A DNA stretch of 64,000 bases from assembly GCA_963718525.1 (NCBI GenBank), contig OY970355.1, positions 256,001 to 320,000 on the forward strand, in the 5' to 3' direction. Shown here piece by piece: positions 47,959 to 57,413 of the stretch; the stretch's first letter is position 1; the number at the start of each line of letters is the position of its first letter. The DNA comes from Candidatus Dormiibacterota bacterium. Its GTDB lineage: Bacteria; Chloroflexota; Dormibacteria; Aeolococcales; Aeolococcaceae. The notes below the pieces were generated by a model. That model saw nothing but the letters and a program-made list of their open reading frames with translations, made no database searches and had not been told where the DNA came from. A program made the position numbers and the translations under genes.

Positions 47959-49795
47959 CGAGCTGTGGCACGCTTCCCGTTGCGGCCTTGTCGGGTCTGC
48001 GCAGGAACAGCGCTGGAATCACACCAAGCAGCGTCAGGATCGTGATGAACGCAAAGGTGCGATCGAACGAGGTGCTGAGTGCGTCCGCCGCGTACGTCTG
48101 GCCGAACTTGGCGACCACCGGTGCGACCTTAGCGGTCGTGGTGGGCTGCCCGCCGTTCTGGATGAGCTTGGCGTACTGCCCCTGCAGCGTGCCGCAGAAC
48201 TCGGCGGAGGTCAGTTGATGACCGGGCGCGGAGGCGGCGCTGAGCACGGCCGGCGAGGGAGCGCACGATGCCTGACCGATCGCCGTGGTGAACTGCGCCG
48301 CGAGCACCGTCACCAGCACCGCGATGCCGATCGACGATCCGATGCGTTGCAGGCTATTGGAGATGCTCGACGCACTCGAGCTGAGGTGGCGCGGCACGCG
48401 CGCCATCGCCGCGGCCATCGACGGCATCATCGAGAATCCCATCGCGAAACCGCGGAGCAGCAGCGCGCTCACCACCAGCCAGTTCGATGAAGTCGGGTGA
48501 ATCTGCGCGAGCAGGAAACCCCCGCCCGCCAGCATCACCATCCCGGTCGCCACCACGGGCCGGGGTCCGATCCGGTCGGTGAGATAGCCGCCGAGCGGCA
48601 TCGCAACCGCAGCTGTGATCGCCTGCGGTAATAGGAGAAGTCCGGTTTCGAGGGGGCTGTAGCCGTGAACCTCCTGGAGGTACAGCGGTAACAACAGCAT
48701 GCCGCCAAACAGCGCGGTCACGATGATGAAGCTGAGGCCCATCGACCACGAGAACGTCGGGTCGCGGAAGAGACGCAGATTGAGCAGCGGCTCGGGGTTG
48801 CCGCGATTCCCGATGAACAGGTTGACGGCGGCAAGCGCAGCGGCGACGAGCATCACGACGGTGTCCAGCGACGTCCAGCCGTCAACGAAGCCATTGCGCA
48901 GTGCGATCAGCCCTGCGCCGGCGGCGAGCGGAAGCATCAGCAGTGTCGCCGCGCGCCGGCGACCGAGCTGCGACAGCACGAAGGCCGCGATCAGCACCGC
49001 TGCAGCGGCGAGCATGCTGATCACGAGGAGCGAGCCCCAGCCCAGGGTGACGCTCTGGTTGACCGCGTACATCACCGCCACGGCCGCGGGTGGCGCCGTG
49101 AGCAGGCCGAAGGTGTCGAGCCTGAGCCCGTGCGCCCTGCTCAACTCCGTGAGGAACCGCGAGGCGGAGACGAACGCGATGAGCCCGATCGGGACGTTGA
49201 CGTAGAAGATCAGCCGCCACGAGAAGTCCTGCACGAACCAACCACCGAGCACGGGTCCGACGGCAGGGGCGAGCAGCATCGGAATCCCGAAGATTCCCAT
49301 GACCCGCCCCATGTTCTGGGGACCGACCGCCCGCATGATGATGGTCATCCCGATCGGCATCAGCATCCCGCCACCGAGTCCCTGGAGCACGCGGAAGATC
49401 ACCAGCTCGGGGAGGTTCTGCGCGACGCCGCACGCCATCGATGCGAGCGTGAACAGCGCGATGGTGATGAGATACAGACGCTTGGTGCCGAAACGATCGC
49501 TCGCCCATCCGGCCATGGGAATGACCGCTCCCTGCGCCAGCATGTAGCCGGTGACGACCCAGGAGATGTCTGCGTACGAGCCGGCTTTGAGGTCCACCTG
49601 CAGGGTGGGAATGGCGATGTTGACGATGGTCGCGTCGAGGATCGTCATGATCGTGCCGAGCAACACGACGCCGAGCGCGATCCACTTGTAGTCGAAGCGT
49701 CCTGAGCAACTCGTGCCGGCGCCGCCTCCGCCATCGAGGGGAGCGACTGCGAGAGCCGCCGGGTCCGCGCGGTCGAGCACCTCAGTCATTGGCAC
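47948..49795 (-). CDS. DHA2/EmrB-QacA MFS efflux transporter
   Basis: LDATIVNIAIP, GWASDRFGTKR, RVLQGLGGG, GPVLGG, SWRLIFYVNVPIG. Confidence 0.93.
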   Translation of the reverse strand: MPMTEVLDRADPAALAVAPLDGGGGAGTSCSGRFDYKWIALGVVLLGTIMTILDATIVNIAIPTLQVDLKAGSYADISWVVTGYMLAQGAVIPMAGWASDRFGTKRLYLITIALFTLASMACGVAQNLPELVIFRVLQGLGGGMLMPIGMTIIMRAVGPQNMGRVMGIFGIPMLLAPAVGPVLGGWFVQDFSWRLIFYVNVPIGLIAFVSASRFLTELSRAHGLRLDTFGLLTAPPAAVAVMYAVNQSVTLGWGSLLVISMLAAAAVLIAAFVLSQLGRRRAATLLMLPLAAGAGLIALRNGFVDGWTSLDTVVMLVAAALAAVNLFIGNRGNPEPLLNLRLFRDPTFSWSMGLSFIIVTALFGGMLLLPLYLQEVHGYSPLETGLLLLPQAITAAVAMPLGGYLTDRIGPRPVVATGMVMLAGGGFLLAQIHPTSSNWLVVSALLLRGFAMGFSMMPSMAAAMARVPRHLSSSASSISNSLQRIGSSIGIAVLVTVLAAQFTTAIGQASCAPSPAVLSAASAPGHQLTSAEFCGTLQGQYAKLIQNGGQPTTTAKVAPVVAKFGQTYAADALSTSFDRTFAFITILTLLGVIPALFLRRPDKAATGSVPQLDAA

Positions 49796-50327
49796 CTTCC
49801 TTGAAATGTGCAGACTCGGGCGAGTCGACGACCTTGCCCATCAGGAGCACGAGTTTCTCGAGCTCCGCGTCGCTCAGGCAGGTGAGCACCTCGACTGACA
49901 CGATCTTGCGTGCCGCATCGAAGCGGTCGAGCATCTGCAGGCCGAGTTTCGTGGGAACGATGTGGATGATCCGGCGATCGTCGGGATCACTCCGCCGCTC
50001 GGCAAAGCCGAGCCGGATCACGCGGTCGACCAGCGCGCTTGCGGAGCTGAGCGCGCACTGCTGCATGCGAGCGATCTCGTTCATCGTCGCTCCGGGCGAG
50101 GTTTCGGTGGCGGCGCGAAGCTGGTCCAGCGCGCCCAATTGATGCCACGTGACGGCACCGAACTCGCCCCGCAACTCGTCGGGAACGCTCGCCATCAATT
50201 TGCGCTTGATGCCGCCGATGTACGCGAACAACAGGTCGGCGAGCTCGTCACGACGACTCGATGTGGTGGGGTTCTTCGAACGGCCGGACCGTTCCAGCGC
50301 GGGTGCCTGGCTCACACTCTTCCTCAC
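49782..50327 (-). CDS. MarR-family regulator
   Basis: SSASALVDRV..GFAERRSDPDDRR winged helix. Confidence 0.88.
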   Translation of the reverse strand: MRKSVSQAPALERSGRSKNPTTSSRRDELADLLFAYIGGIKRKLMASVPDELRGEFGAVTWHQLGALDQLRAATETSPGATMNEIARMQQCALSSASALVDRVIRLGFAERRSDPDDRRIIHIVPTKLGLQMLDRFDAARKIVSVEVLTCLSDAELEKLVLLMGKVVDSPESAHFKEGAND

Positions 50328-50341
50328 GTGCTCCGGTGGAG

Positions 50342-50374
50342 TGTTCGTCGAGCGAACAGTTAGAGTGTAGAACT
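50342..50374 (-). promoter_or_regulatory. Tandem palindromic operators overlapping the marR promoter
   Basis: TGTTCG-N5-CGAACA (50342-50358) and AGTTAG-N5-AGAACT (50358-50374); minus-strand TACACT -10 at 50364-50369. Confidence 0.6.
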
Positions 50375-50388
50375 ATTCGTGAGTTGCG

Positions 50389-52038
50389 TCAATTCGAAGC
50401 GGCGTCCCGAGCCCGGCGGCGCAGGCGTGAGTGCCCGGTCAATTCGTGCGATGCCTTCGCGTCGGCGAGCTCCTGGGCGGCGACCTCGAGCAGACCCCCG
50501 ACGTCCTGGGCATCGCCCGGGTACACCGCGATGCCGGCCGATGCCGTGACACCCGATCTGCTCACGCCCTGGTCTCCGGACGTATCGGTCGTGAATCGCT
50601 GCTGGATGCGAGCGGCGACGGCGCGAGCCTGATCTCGGTCGGCGCCGGGCAGGACGCAGACAAAGTCGTCAGCACCGACTCGTGCGGCGCTGTCCTCCCG
50701 CCGGAGGATCGATCGGAGCACGCCGGCGAAGGTCTCCAACACGCGGTTGCCCACGTCGTGGCCCCACCGGTCGTTGAGCTCGCCGAAGCCGTCGATGTCC
50801 GCGATGATCAGCGCGAGGGTTCCTTCAAGTCGCGACGCACGGGCCAGCTCCTTGTCGACCACGGCGAGGAGCTGCGGGCGCGTGGCCATGCCGGTCACGG
50901 CATCGAGCAGGGCTCTGCCCATCTCCTCCTCGTGGCGGCGAGCTCTCTCGATGGCTCGAGCGGCCTCGTCGGCGAGGGCCTCGATGACCGGCGCGTCAGC
51001 TTCGTTCCAGGCGTTCTCCTTGCGCTCCGAGGTGAGCAGGATCGCGCCGATGGTGGTTCCATCGACCCTGAGCGGCGCGCCGATCGCCGACCGGATGAAT
51101 CCGAGCTTCGAGCTGCGCAGCCGGACCCGGTTTGCCTCCCGGAGGCTGGCCTGGGCCATCGACGCCGAAAGCGTTGTCGGCCACACCTCGGCGCGTTCGG
51201 CGACGAAGACGGCGCCGCCGAGCCCCTCGCCGGGCGCGAGCTCGTAGGCCGGACCACCGGATCCCACACCACTCGATGAGAGGAACGTCCCCGGGGATTT
51301 CAGCAGCCCGTCCGCCGGGTCGTTGATGAGCACCATGCCGGTTGACGTCTCCGGGAAGATCTCCCTGCACGCCTCTAGGACCGCAGACGCGACCGAGGTG
51401 ACGTCGCGGGCGACGCCAAGCCTTCGGCCCAGGGTCGCGTAGACGTGTCCGCGTCGTGTCTCGGCATCCAGGCGAGCGAGATCGCGCTGCGCGGCCCCGG
51501 CGGCGATCAGCTTGATGCCGGCCATGGCGGCCACGGTCACGGCCAGCGCCGGCAATCCCGACGGTTCCGGCTGGGTCGTGAGCCAGAGTGCGACGAAGAT
51601 CGCGATGACCGCTCCGGCGGCCGCAAGCCCCAACGGCCACGGCTCTCGGCCCGGCGACCCAATGACCTGGGCCGTACCCAGACGCGGAGCCTCGACGTCC
51701 GTGCCGATGAGGATCGCCGTGAAAGCCACGGCCGCGACCACCGTGAAGTCAGGAAGGACATCGCTCGATGCTCCCAACGCCACGGCGGTGACCACCGCGA
51801 GCGCGACGCTCCCGGCCACCGAGACAGCTTGTCGATGTCCCTCCCACGCAGAGGGCACCCGAAGCAGGACTGCTCCAACCACGATGGCGACACCTGCCAT
51901 GGCGGCGTCCAGAGCCCGTACCCCTGGACTGACCGGAAGCGTGAGCATCCTGATCGCCACCGCGGCGCCAACGATTCCCGAGCCTGCCTGGTTGGAACGC
52001 CGTGCTAAAAGCAACCGAAAATCCACCTGATCCCCCAC
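50389..52038 (-). CDS. Membrane GAF + GGDEF-domain protein (GADDF variant)
   Basis: Several TMs, GAF (GEGLGG, IGAPL), DIDGF..NDRWGH, RVGADDF. Confidence 0.88.
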   Translation of the reverse strand: MGDQVDFRLLLARRSNQAGSGIVGAAVAIRMLTLPVSPGVRALDAAMAGVAIVVGAVLLRVPSAWEGHRQAVSVAGSVALAVVTAVALGASSDVLPDFTVVAAVAFTAILIGTDVEAPRLGTAQVIGSPGREPWPLGLAAAGAVIAIFVALWLTTQPEPSGLPALAVTVAAMAGIKLIAAGAAQRDLARLDAETRRGHVYATLGRRLGVARDVTSVASAVLEACREIFPETSTGMVLINDPADGLLKSPGTFLSSSGVGSGGPAYELAPGEGLGGAVFVAERAEVWPTTLSASMAQASLREANRVRLRSSKLGFIRSAIGAPLRVDGTTIGAILLTSERKENAWNEADAPVIEALADEAARAIERARRHEEEMGRALLDAVTGMATRPQLLAVVDKELARASRLEGTLALIIADIDGFGELNDRWGHDVGNRVLETFAGVLRSILRREDSAARVGADDFVCVLPGADRDQARAVAARIQQRFTTDTSGDQGVSRSGVTASAGIAVYPGDAQDVGGLLEVAAQELADAKASHELTGHSRLRRRARDAASN

Positions 52039-52182
52039 CCGCTGACCCGGCTCGACCCCCGCCGACGGCCAGGGTCAACGTGCCGGTACTGCCCAATTGT
52101 GCCAGAAGATCGGGCGATAAACCTGTGGTAACCTTTGCGAACTGACGTTCGCCTCCAGGTCGCCGTTCTCATTCCCAGCACC

Positions 52183-53328
52183 ATGACGACACGTCTCCTC
52201 CATCTTGCCGACCTCCACCTCGACCGGGTGTTCGCCGCCATGGGCTGTCAGGGGGAGCTCGCCCGGCGACGCCGTCAGGGGCTCCGCGATGCGCTCACAA
52301 GTGCCGGCCGTCTGGCCTTTGAACAGGGCTGCGTGGCGGTCACGATCGCGGGCGACCTCTATGAGCACGAGCGCGCAGGCGTCGACACCGGCCGGTTCCT
52401 CGCCGACACCTTCGCTTCCTGGCAGCCGATGCGGGTCCTCATCGCCCCGGGAAATCATGACGCGCTGCTCCCAGGGTCGCTCTACCGGCGCGTCGAATGG
52501 CCCTCCAACGTCACCGTGTTCGCGAGCACGCACCTCGAGCCAGTGGAACTCGTCGACGGAGTCACTGTCTGGGGGCTCGCCCACCGTGAACCGGCCTGGC
52601 AGGGGGACCCACTCTCCGGTGCGTTCGCCACCACCGGGCCCGGCGTGCATCTCGCGCTGTTCCATGGCGCCGAGCTCGGGTCGCGGCCGGAGGGAAAGTC
52701 GATCCACGGTCCATTTCATGCGGAGCGAATCCGGGCTGCCGGGTTCGCTGCGGCGCTCTGCGGCCACTACCACCGCCGCCGTCTCGACTCGTCGTCGGGG
52801 CTCCTCTATCCCGGGACCCCGGAACCGCTGAGCTTCGACGACGAAGGTGGGCGCGGCCCCGTGGTCGTCGAGATCACCGATCGGGGTGACGTCCGCTTCG
52901 TCGCTCACGACACCAATCGGTGGTCCGTCTTCACCGTGCAGTGCGACGCCGGCGAGTGCGGCTCCGTGGAGTCAGTGATCGACGAGGTGACGATGCACTG
53001 CGCGGCAACGGGCTTCAGCGACCCGGAGCGCACCATGATTCGCATCGAGCTCAGCGGGACGATCAACTCGGCGGTTTCACTCGACGCATTCACAGTGGAG
53101 CTGGCGGTGCGCGAACGCCTCAACCTCGCGACCGTCAAGGTGCGCGATCGCACATCGCCGTACATCGATCTCGAATCCGCACTGCTTGAGGAGAGCACCC
53201 GCGGCGCCTTCGTCCGCGCGGCGACCGCCGCGGCACAGGACGCGGATCCGGACGAAGCGCTGGTGCTGGAGGACGCCCTCCGCTACGGGCTGATGGCCCT
53301 CTCGGGTGCCGAGGTCGGATTGCGATGA
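52183..53328 (+). CDS. SbcD/Mre11-like (YhaO-type) nuclease
   Basis: HLADLHLD, AGDLYE, PGNHD, FHG, GHYH, YPGTPEP. Confidence 0.9.
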   Translation: MTTRLLHLADLHLDRVFAAMGCQGELARRRRQGLRDALTSAGRLAFEQGCVAVTIAGDLYEHERAGVDTGRFLADTFASWQPMRVLIAPGNHDALLPGSLYRRVEWPSNVTVFASTHLEPVELVDGVTVWGLAHREPAWQGDPLSGAFATTGPGVHLALFHGAELGSRPEGKSIHGPFHAERIRAAGFAAALCGHYHRRRLDSSSGLLYPGTPEPLSFDDEGGRGPVVVEITDRGDVRFVAHDTNRWSVFTVQCDAGECGSVESVIDEVTMHCAATGFSDPERTMIRIELSGTINSAVSLDAFTVELAVRERLNLATVKVRDRTSPYIDLESALLEESTRGAFVRAATAAAQDADPDEALVLEDALRYGLMALSGAEVGLR

Positions 53329-56177
53329 TCCTCGAGCGGCTCGAGATCGCCGGCTTCGGCTGCCTGCAGGACGTCACCACCGACCTGCACCCGCGAGTCA
53401 CCGTCGTCGCAGGTCGGAATGAATCCGGCAAGTCGACCCTGCTGCGTGCGGTGCGCGGTGCGCTGTACGGCGTCGACGGCGGCGGCCAGGGTCGCCCGGT
53501 CGATCGCAGCGATTGGGCGCGGTACGAACCCTGGACTCGAGGTGGCTACGGGCTCGCGCTCACCTACAAGCTCGATGACGGGCGCCGCATCCGCGTGGCC
53601 CGTCGCCTCGACACGCGCGAGCAGTCGGTGCAGGTCCTGGAACTCGGGGGCTCGGAACTGACCGACGAGTTGCGCAGCGGACGCGCGGTGACACCCGGCC
53701 GCTTTCACCTCGGGATCGACGAGGCAGTGTTCTGCGCAACCGCATGGCTCGGCGACGACGGGCTGCGCATCGACGCGCCCGAGAGCGCGCGTCAGCGCGC
53801 CGGCCAGCTCCAGGAGGCGATCGAGCGGCTGGCGGACACGCGCCGAGGCGTGACCGCGGCCCAGGCGCTGGTTCGCATCCGCGAGGCGATGGATCGTGTC
53901 GGATCCGAGCGGCGTGTCACCAGTCCACTCGGCGTCGCCACCGCGCGGCTTCGAACCCTGGACCGCACCCTCGCGGACGCTCGCACCAGGCTCGCGGCAG
54001 TCGCCGTTGAACAGGAGCGCCTCGCTGCGCTGGACGCAACGCTGGTCGCGGAGACGGACCGCTGGATTGCCGTCGAGCGCCAGCGGCTGGTGGGCCGGCT
54101 GGCCGACGTCGCCGACCGTCGTGTGCGCCTTGCCGACATGGTCCGGGAGGCCAGGGTTCAGGCTGTGGAGGTCGAGTCGACCGCTGGATACGCGAAATTC
54201 CCTCTCGACGCCGAGGCCGAGGTGACCGCGCTCGGCGGGGAGCTCGCTCAGGCGAAGTCGAACGCGGCAGGCGCCGAGGCGCGATGGCGGGCGGCGGTCG
54301 AACGGCTGCGCCCGATCCGCTCCAGGCGCGACGAGATCGCGGCCGGCGTCACCGCGATCGGGCTGGATGGTGAGCTCGACGCCGCCGTCGGTGAGCGCTC
54401 GCAGCGCCTTCGTGGCGAGCTGATCGCGGTCGCGAGTTCGTCTCGGCGCACCACCGGCGACGACGCTCGCGAGGCTGCGCTTCGCCGCGAGATCGCGGCG
54501 ACCGGGCTGCGCACGCTGCCCGCTGAGGTGATCGACGATTTGCTTCCCGAGCTCGAGGCGGCAGGGCGCGGGGGCCATGGCTTCGGCGTCGCGGCCGTCC
54601 TCGTCGCAGGAGTCGCGGCAGCGGCGGCCGCCGGACTGCTGCGTGCGCACTCTGTTGTCGCGGCGATCGTGGTGGGGCTGGCGGGCGGGATCGCAGCCGC
54701 CGCGTGCGCATGGCGTGCGTGGCTTCGGTCGAGGTCGGCTTCCAGAGCACGCGCGGCAGCGAACGAGCTGGCCCTGGACGCAGGGCTCGACCCCTCGGAG
54801 CTGGCTCGCCTGCAGAGCCGACTTCCGGTGCTGCGCACGCTCCACCAGGCGCTCGACGCGGCGGAGCACAGCACCTCCCGCCGCCGTGCGGACGCTGAGG
54901 CGCTGCAGGTCACGCTCGCGTCGGTGCTCGATCGGTGCCGCTCGCTGGCGGCCGAGTCCGGCCTTCTCGAGTCCACACCTGGATCCGCGGCGATACCTGA
55001 AGCCGTGATCTCGAGCGCGCAGCACATCCTCGATCGCATCGACGCGGTGGTGCTCAGGGCCCGCCGTCGCGATGAGCTGCTCGCTGAGGACGCGGTGCTC
55101 GCCGCCGAGGAATCCGCCTGCGCGCAGTCGAGCGAGGACGTCGACCGCTCACGCCGTGCGGTCGTGAACCTCGAGACGCGTCTGCGCACGATCGTCAAGG
55201 CTGCGGGCATACGCATGCCCGAAGGTGACCCGGGTGCAGCCGTGACCGGCATCCGCCAGGCGTGCGACGCACGGCGCCGCCACGACGCTGCCCGGCGCAG
55301 GCTGGATGACCTCCAGCGATCCGTTCGCGCTCTCGGCGACGCGCCGACACTCGAGAGCCTGGAGACGGGGCTTGCGGAGCAACTGATGCAGTGCGGCGGC
55401 GATCCAAGCCAGGCGCTCGCGGCATCGCCGCCCGACGCCGCAGCGCTGCAGACGCTCGACCTCGAGGCGGAACGAGCGCGGCGCGCGGCGACGTCGGCGG
55501 GGGAGCAGGCCCGCGAGTTGCGCGCACGACTCGGTGGGGTGCTCGACACTCTTCCGGCTGTGGCGGACCTCGAGGACGAGCGTGATGCTTGTGAAACGGC
55601 TCGCGATCGCGGGCTGCGACAGCTCAAGGCACTGCAGCGTGCCGCAGAGCTGATCGAAGCGGCTTCACGCGTCACCCACCGCGAGCTTGCCCCCCGCCTC
55701 GCCGGCTCTCTGGGAAGCCGCCTGAGCCTGCTCACGGGCGCGCGCTACGTCGAGGTGAACGTCGACACCGACCATTTCGCGCTCGGCCTGCTCGGCCGCG
55801 AACGGCCCGACATGGTGCCGCTCGATGCGGTGTCGCATGGCACCCGTGACCAGGTGGCGCTGCTGCTCCGGCTGGCGCTCTGCGAGGTGCTGGGCGGTGG
55901 AGGTGAGCGGACACCACTGCTGCTGGACGAGCCGCTGCTCACCTCAGACCCGCTCCGGCGCGACACGTTCATCGAGTTCTTGCACGATCTGTCTGCAACG
56001 CACCAGGTTCTGCTGAGCACCGCCGACCCCGCAATGGTGGAGGCGGTCACGCGAGTCACCGCCGGCGACTGCTCCGTCGTGCGTCTCGCGGATCCGCCGG
56101 TGCTCGACGTCATCGGGGACGCACACTCGCTCGGGCGCCACAGCGCCCGCATGCGCCTGCTCGCAGGTCAGGGCTGA
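53325..56177 (+). CDS. SbcC/Rad50-like (YhaN-type) coiled-coil ATPase
   Basis: GRNESGKST, long coiled coil, SHGTRDQ signature, LLLDEP; ATGA coupling to the nuclease. Confidence 0.88.
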   Translation: MILERLEIAGFGCLQDVTTDLHPRVTVVAGRNESGKSTLLRAVRGALYGVDGGGQGRPVDRSDWARYEPWTRGGYGLALTYKLDDGRRIRVARRLDTREQSVQVLELGGSELTDELRSGRAVTPGRFHLGIDEAVFCATAWLGDDGLRIDAPESARQRAGQLQEAIERLADTRRGVTAAQALVRIREAMDRVGSERRVTSPLGVATARLRTLDRTLADARTRLAAVAVEQERLAALDATLVAETDRWIAVERQRLVGRLADVADRRVRLADMVREARVQAVEVESTAGYAKFPLDAEAEVTALGGELAQAKSNAAGAEARWRAAVERLRPIRSRRDEIAAGVTAIGLDGELDAAVGERSQRLRGELIAVASSSRRTTGDDAREAALRREIAATGLRTLPAEVIDDLLPELEAAGRGGHGFGVAAVLVAGVAAAAAAGLLRAHSVVAAIVVGLAGGIAAAACAWRAWLRSRSASRARAAANELALDAGLDPSELARLQSRLPVLRTLHQALDAAEHSTSRRRADAEALQVTLASVLDRCRSLAAESGLLESTPGSAAIPEAVISSAQHILDRIDAVVLRARRRDELLAEDAVLAAEESACAQSSEDVDRSRRAVVNLETRLRTIVKAAGIRMPEGDPGAAVTGIRQACDARRRHDAARRRLDDLQRSVRALGDAPTLESLETGLAEQLMQCGGDPSQALAASPPDAAALQTLDLEAERARRAATSAGEQARELRARLGGVLDTLPAVADLEDERDACETARDRGLRQLKALQRAAELIEAASRVTHRELAPRLAGSLGSRLSLLTGARYVEVNVDTDHFALGLLGRERPDMVPLDAVSHGTRDQVALLLRLALCEVLGGGGERTPLLLDEPLLTSDPLRRDTFIEFLHDLSATHQVLLSTADPAMVEAVTRVTAGDCSVVRLADPPVLDVIGDAHSLGRHSARMRLLAGQG

Positions 56178-56210
56178 CCCTCGGCGCCGTCTGAGCGCCG
56201 GAACCGCGAG

Positions 56211-57413
56211 TTAGAGCGCTTTGGCGATACGCACCAGGCCGTCGAGCTCGGACACCTCCTCGCTGAACAGCGGCAACCGTGCGACCGGGACCTCACCCAG
56301 CTTGCCCAACTTCACGAGCTGCCGAGCTTCGCGCTGCGCGAGCGCGTGACGGTTGAGGAACGTCCTGCCGACGAACTGTGCGGTGTCCGCGGAGACGCGG
56401 ACGTGGAATGCATCGGACAGCCAAGCGGTCACCTTTGGATCCTCAATCAGGGTCGTTGCGGCCGCAACGCCTCCGGCATCGCGAAAGATATCGGGCAGGA
56501 CACGATTCACCACCATCGCGCGCAGCGGCATCTTGAACTCACGCAGCTTCGCGCAGAAGAACTCGGCCTCCGCGAAAGGGCCCGGTTCGAGTGTCGTCAC
56601 CACGACGAACCCGGTCTGCGGGCTGCGCAAGAGCCGGTAGACCGAACGCGCCCTTTCCTGGATGCCGTCATAGAGCAGCTGCAGCTGCTGCACGAAATCC
56701 GACACCTGCGCGAGCACCTCGGCACCGAGCAGCCGGTCGGCGAGGCGGAGAAAGGGAGTCGCCGCGTAATTCATCGCTCGGAAGCCGAAACGTGATGGGC
56801 CACCTGACAGCAGCGAGAGGAGGCGCGAGCCCACGTAGTCGGTGAGGCGGGTTGGAGCTTCCAGAAAATCGAGCGCGTTGCGAGACGGCGGCGTGTCGAC
56901 GACGATGCAGTCGTACTCCCGCGCGTCGTGGAGCTCGTACAGCGCCTCGATCGCGGCATACTCGTGCGATCCGACAAACGAATCGGTGATGCGCTGGTAG
57001 AGCGGGTTGCGAAGAATCCGCCTCGCTGTCGCGGGGTCGGGCGAGTAGCGCTCGATCATCCGGTCCCACGCCTGCTTCATGTCGAGCATCGCTGCCTCGA
57101 CCTCGCCGGTGATGGTCATCCCGGCTCGGCGAAGCCGTGCCTTAGGGATGCGCACCGGCTCCGCGCCGATCCCCTGGATGCCCAGCGCTGTCGCCAGGCG
57201 CCTCGCCGGGTCCACCGTCAGCACCAACACGCGTTTGTCTTCCGCTGCCGCGATTGCCAGACCAAGCGCGGCGCTCACCGTTGTCTTGCCGACGCCCCCG
57301 CTGCCGCAGCAGATGACGACCTCGAGCGAAGCGAGGCTGCGACCGAGTCCGGAGGCTTCGCCACGAGCGCTCCTGCGCCGGTCGGGAATGTTGGAGGGGT
57401 CGCCGGCGCTCAT
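56211..57413 (-). CDS. ArsA/Get3-family ATPase (Rv3680-like)
   Basis: CCGSGGVGKTT, TVDPARRLA, VDTPPSRNALDFLEAP. Confidence 0.9.
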   Translation of the reverse strand: MSAGDPSNIPDRRRSARGEASGLGRSLASLEVVICCGSGGVGKTTVSAALGLAIAAAEDKRVLVLTVDPARRLATALGIQGIGAEPVRIPKARLRRAGMTITGEVEAAMLDMKQAWDRMIERYSPDPATARRILRNPLYQRITDSFVGSHEYAAIEALYELHDAREYDCIVVDTPPSRNALDFLEAPTRLTDYVGSRLLSLLSGGPSRFGFRAMNYAATPFLRLADRLLGAEVLAQVSDFVQQLQLLYDGIQERARSVYRLLRSPQTGFVVVTTLEPGPFAEAEFFCAKLREFKMPLRAMVVNRVLPDIFRDAGGVAAATTLIEDPKVTAWLSDAFHVRVSADTAQFVGRTFLNRHALAQREARQLVKLGKLGEVPVARLPLFSEEVSELDGLVRIAKAL

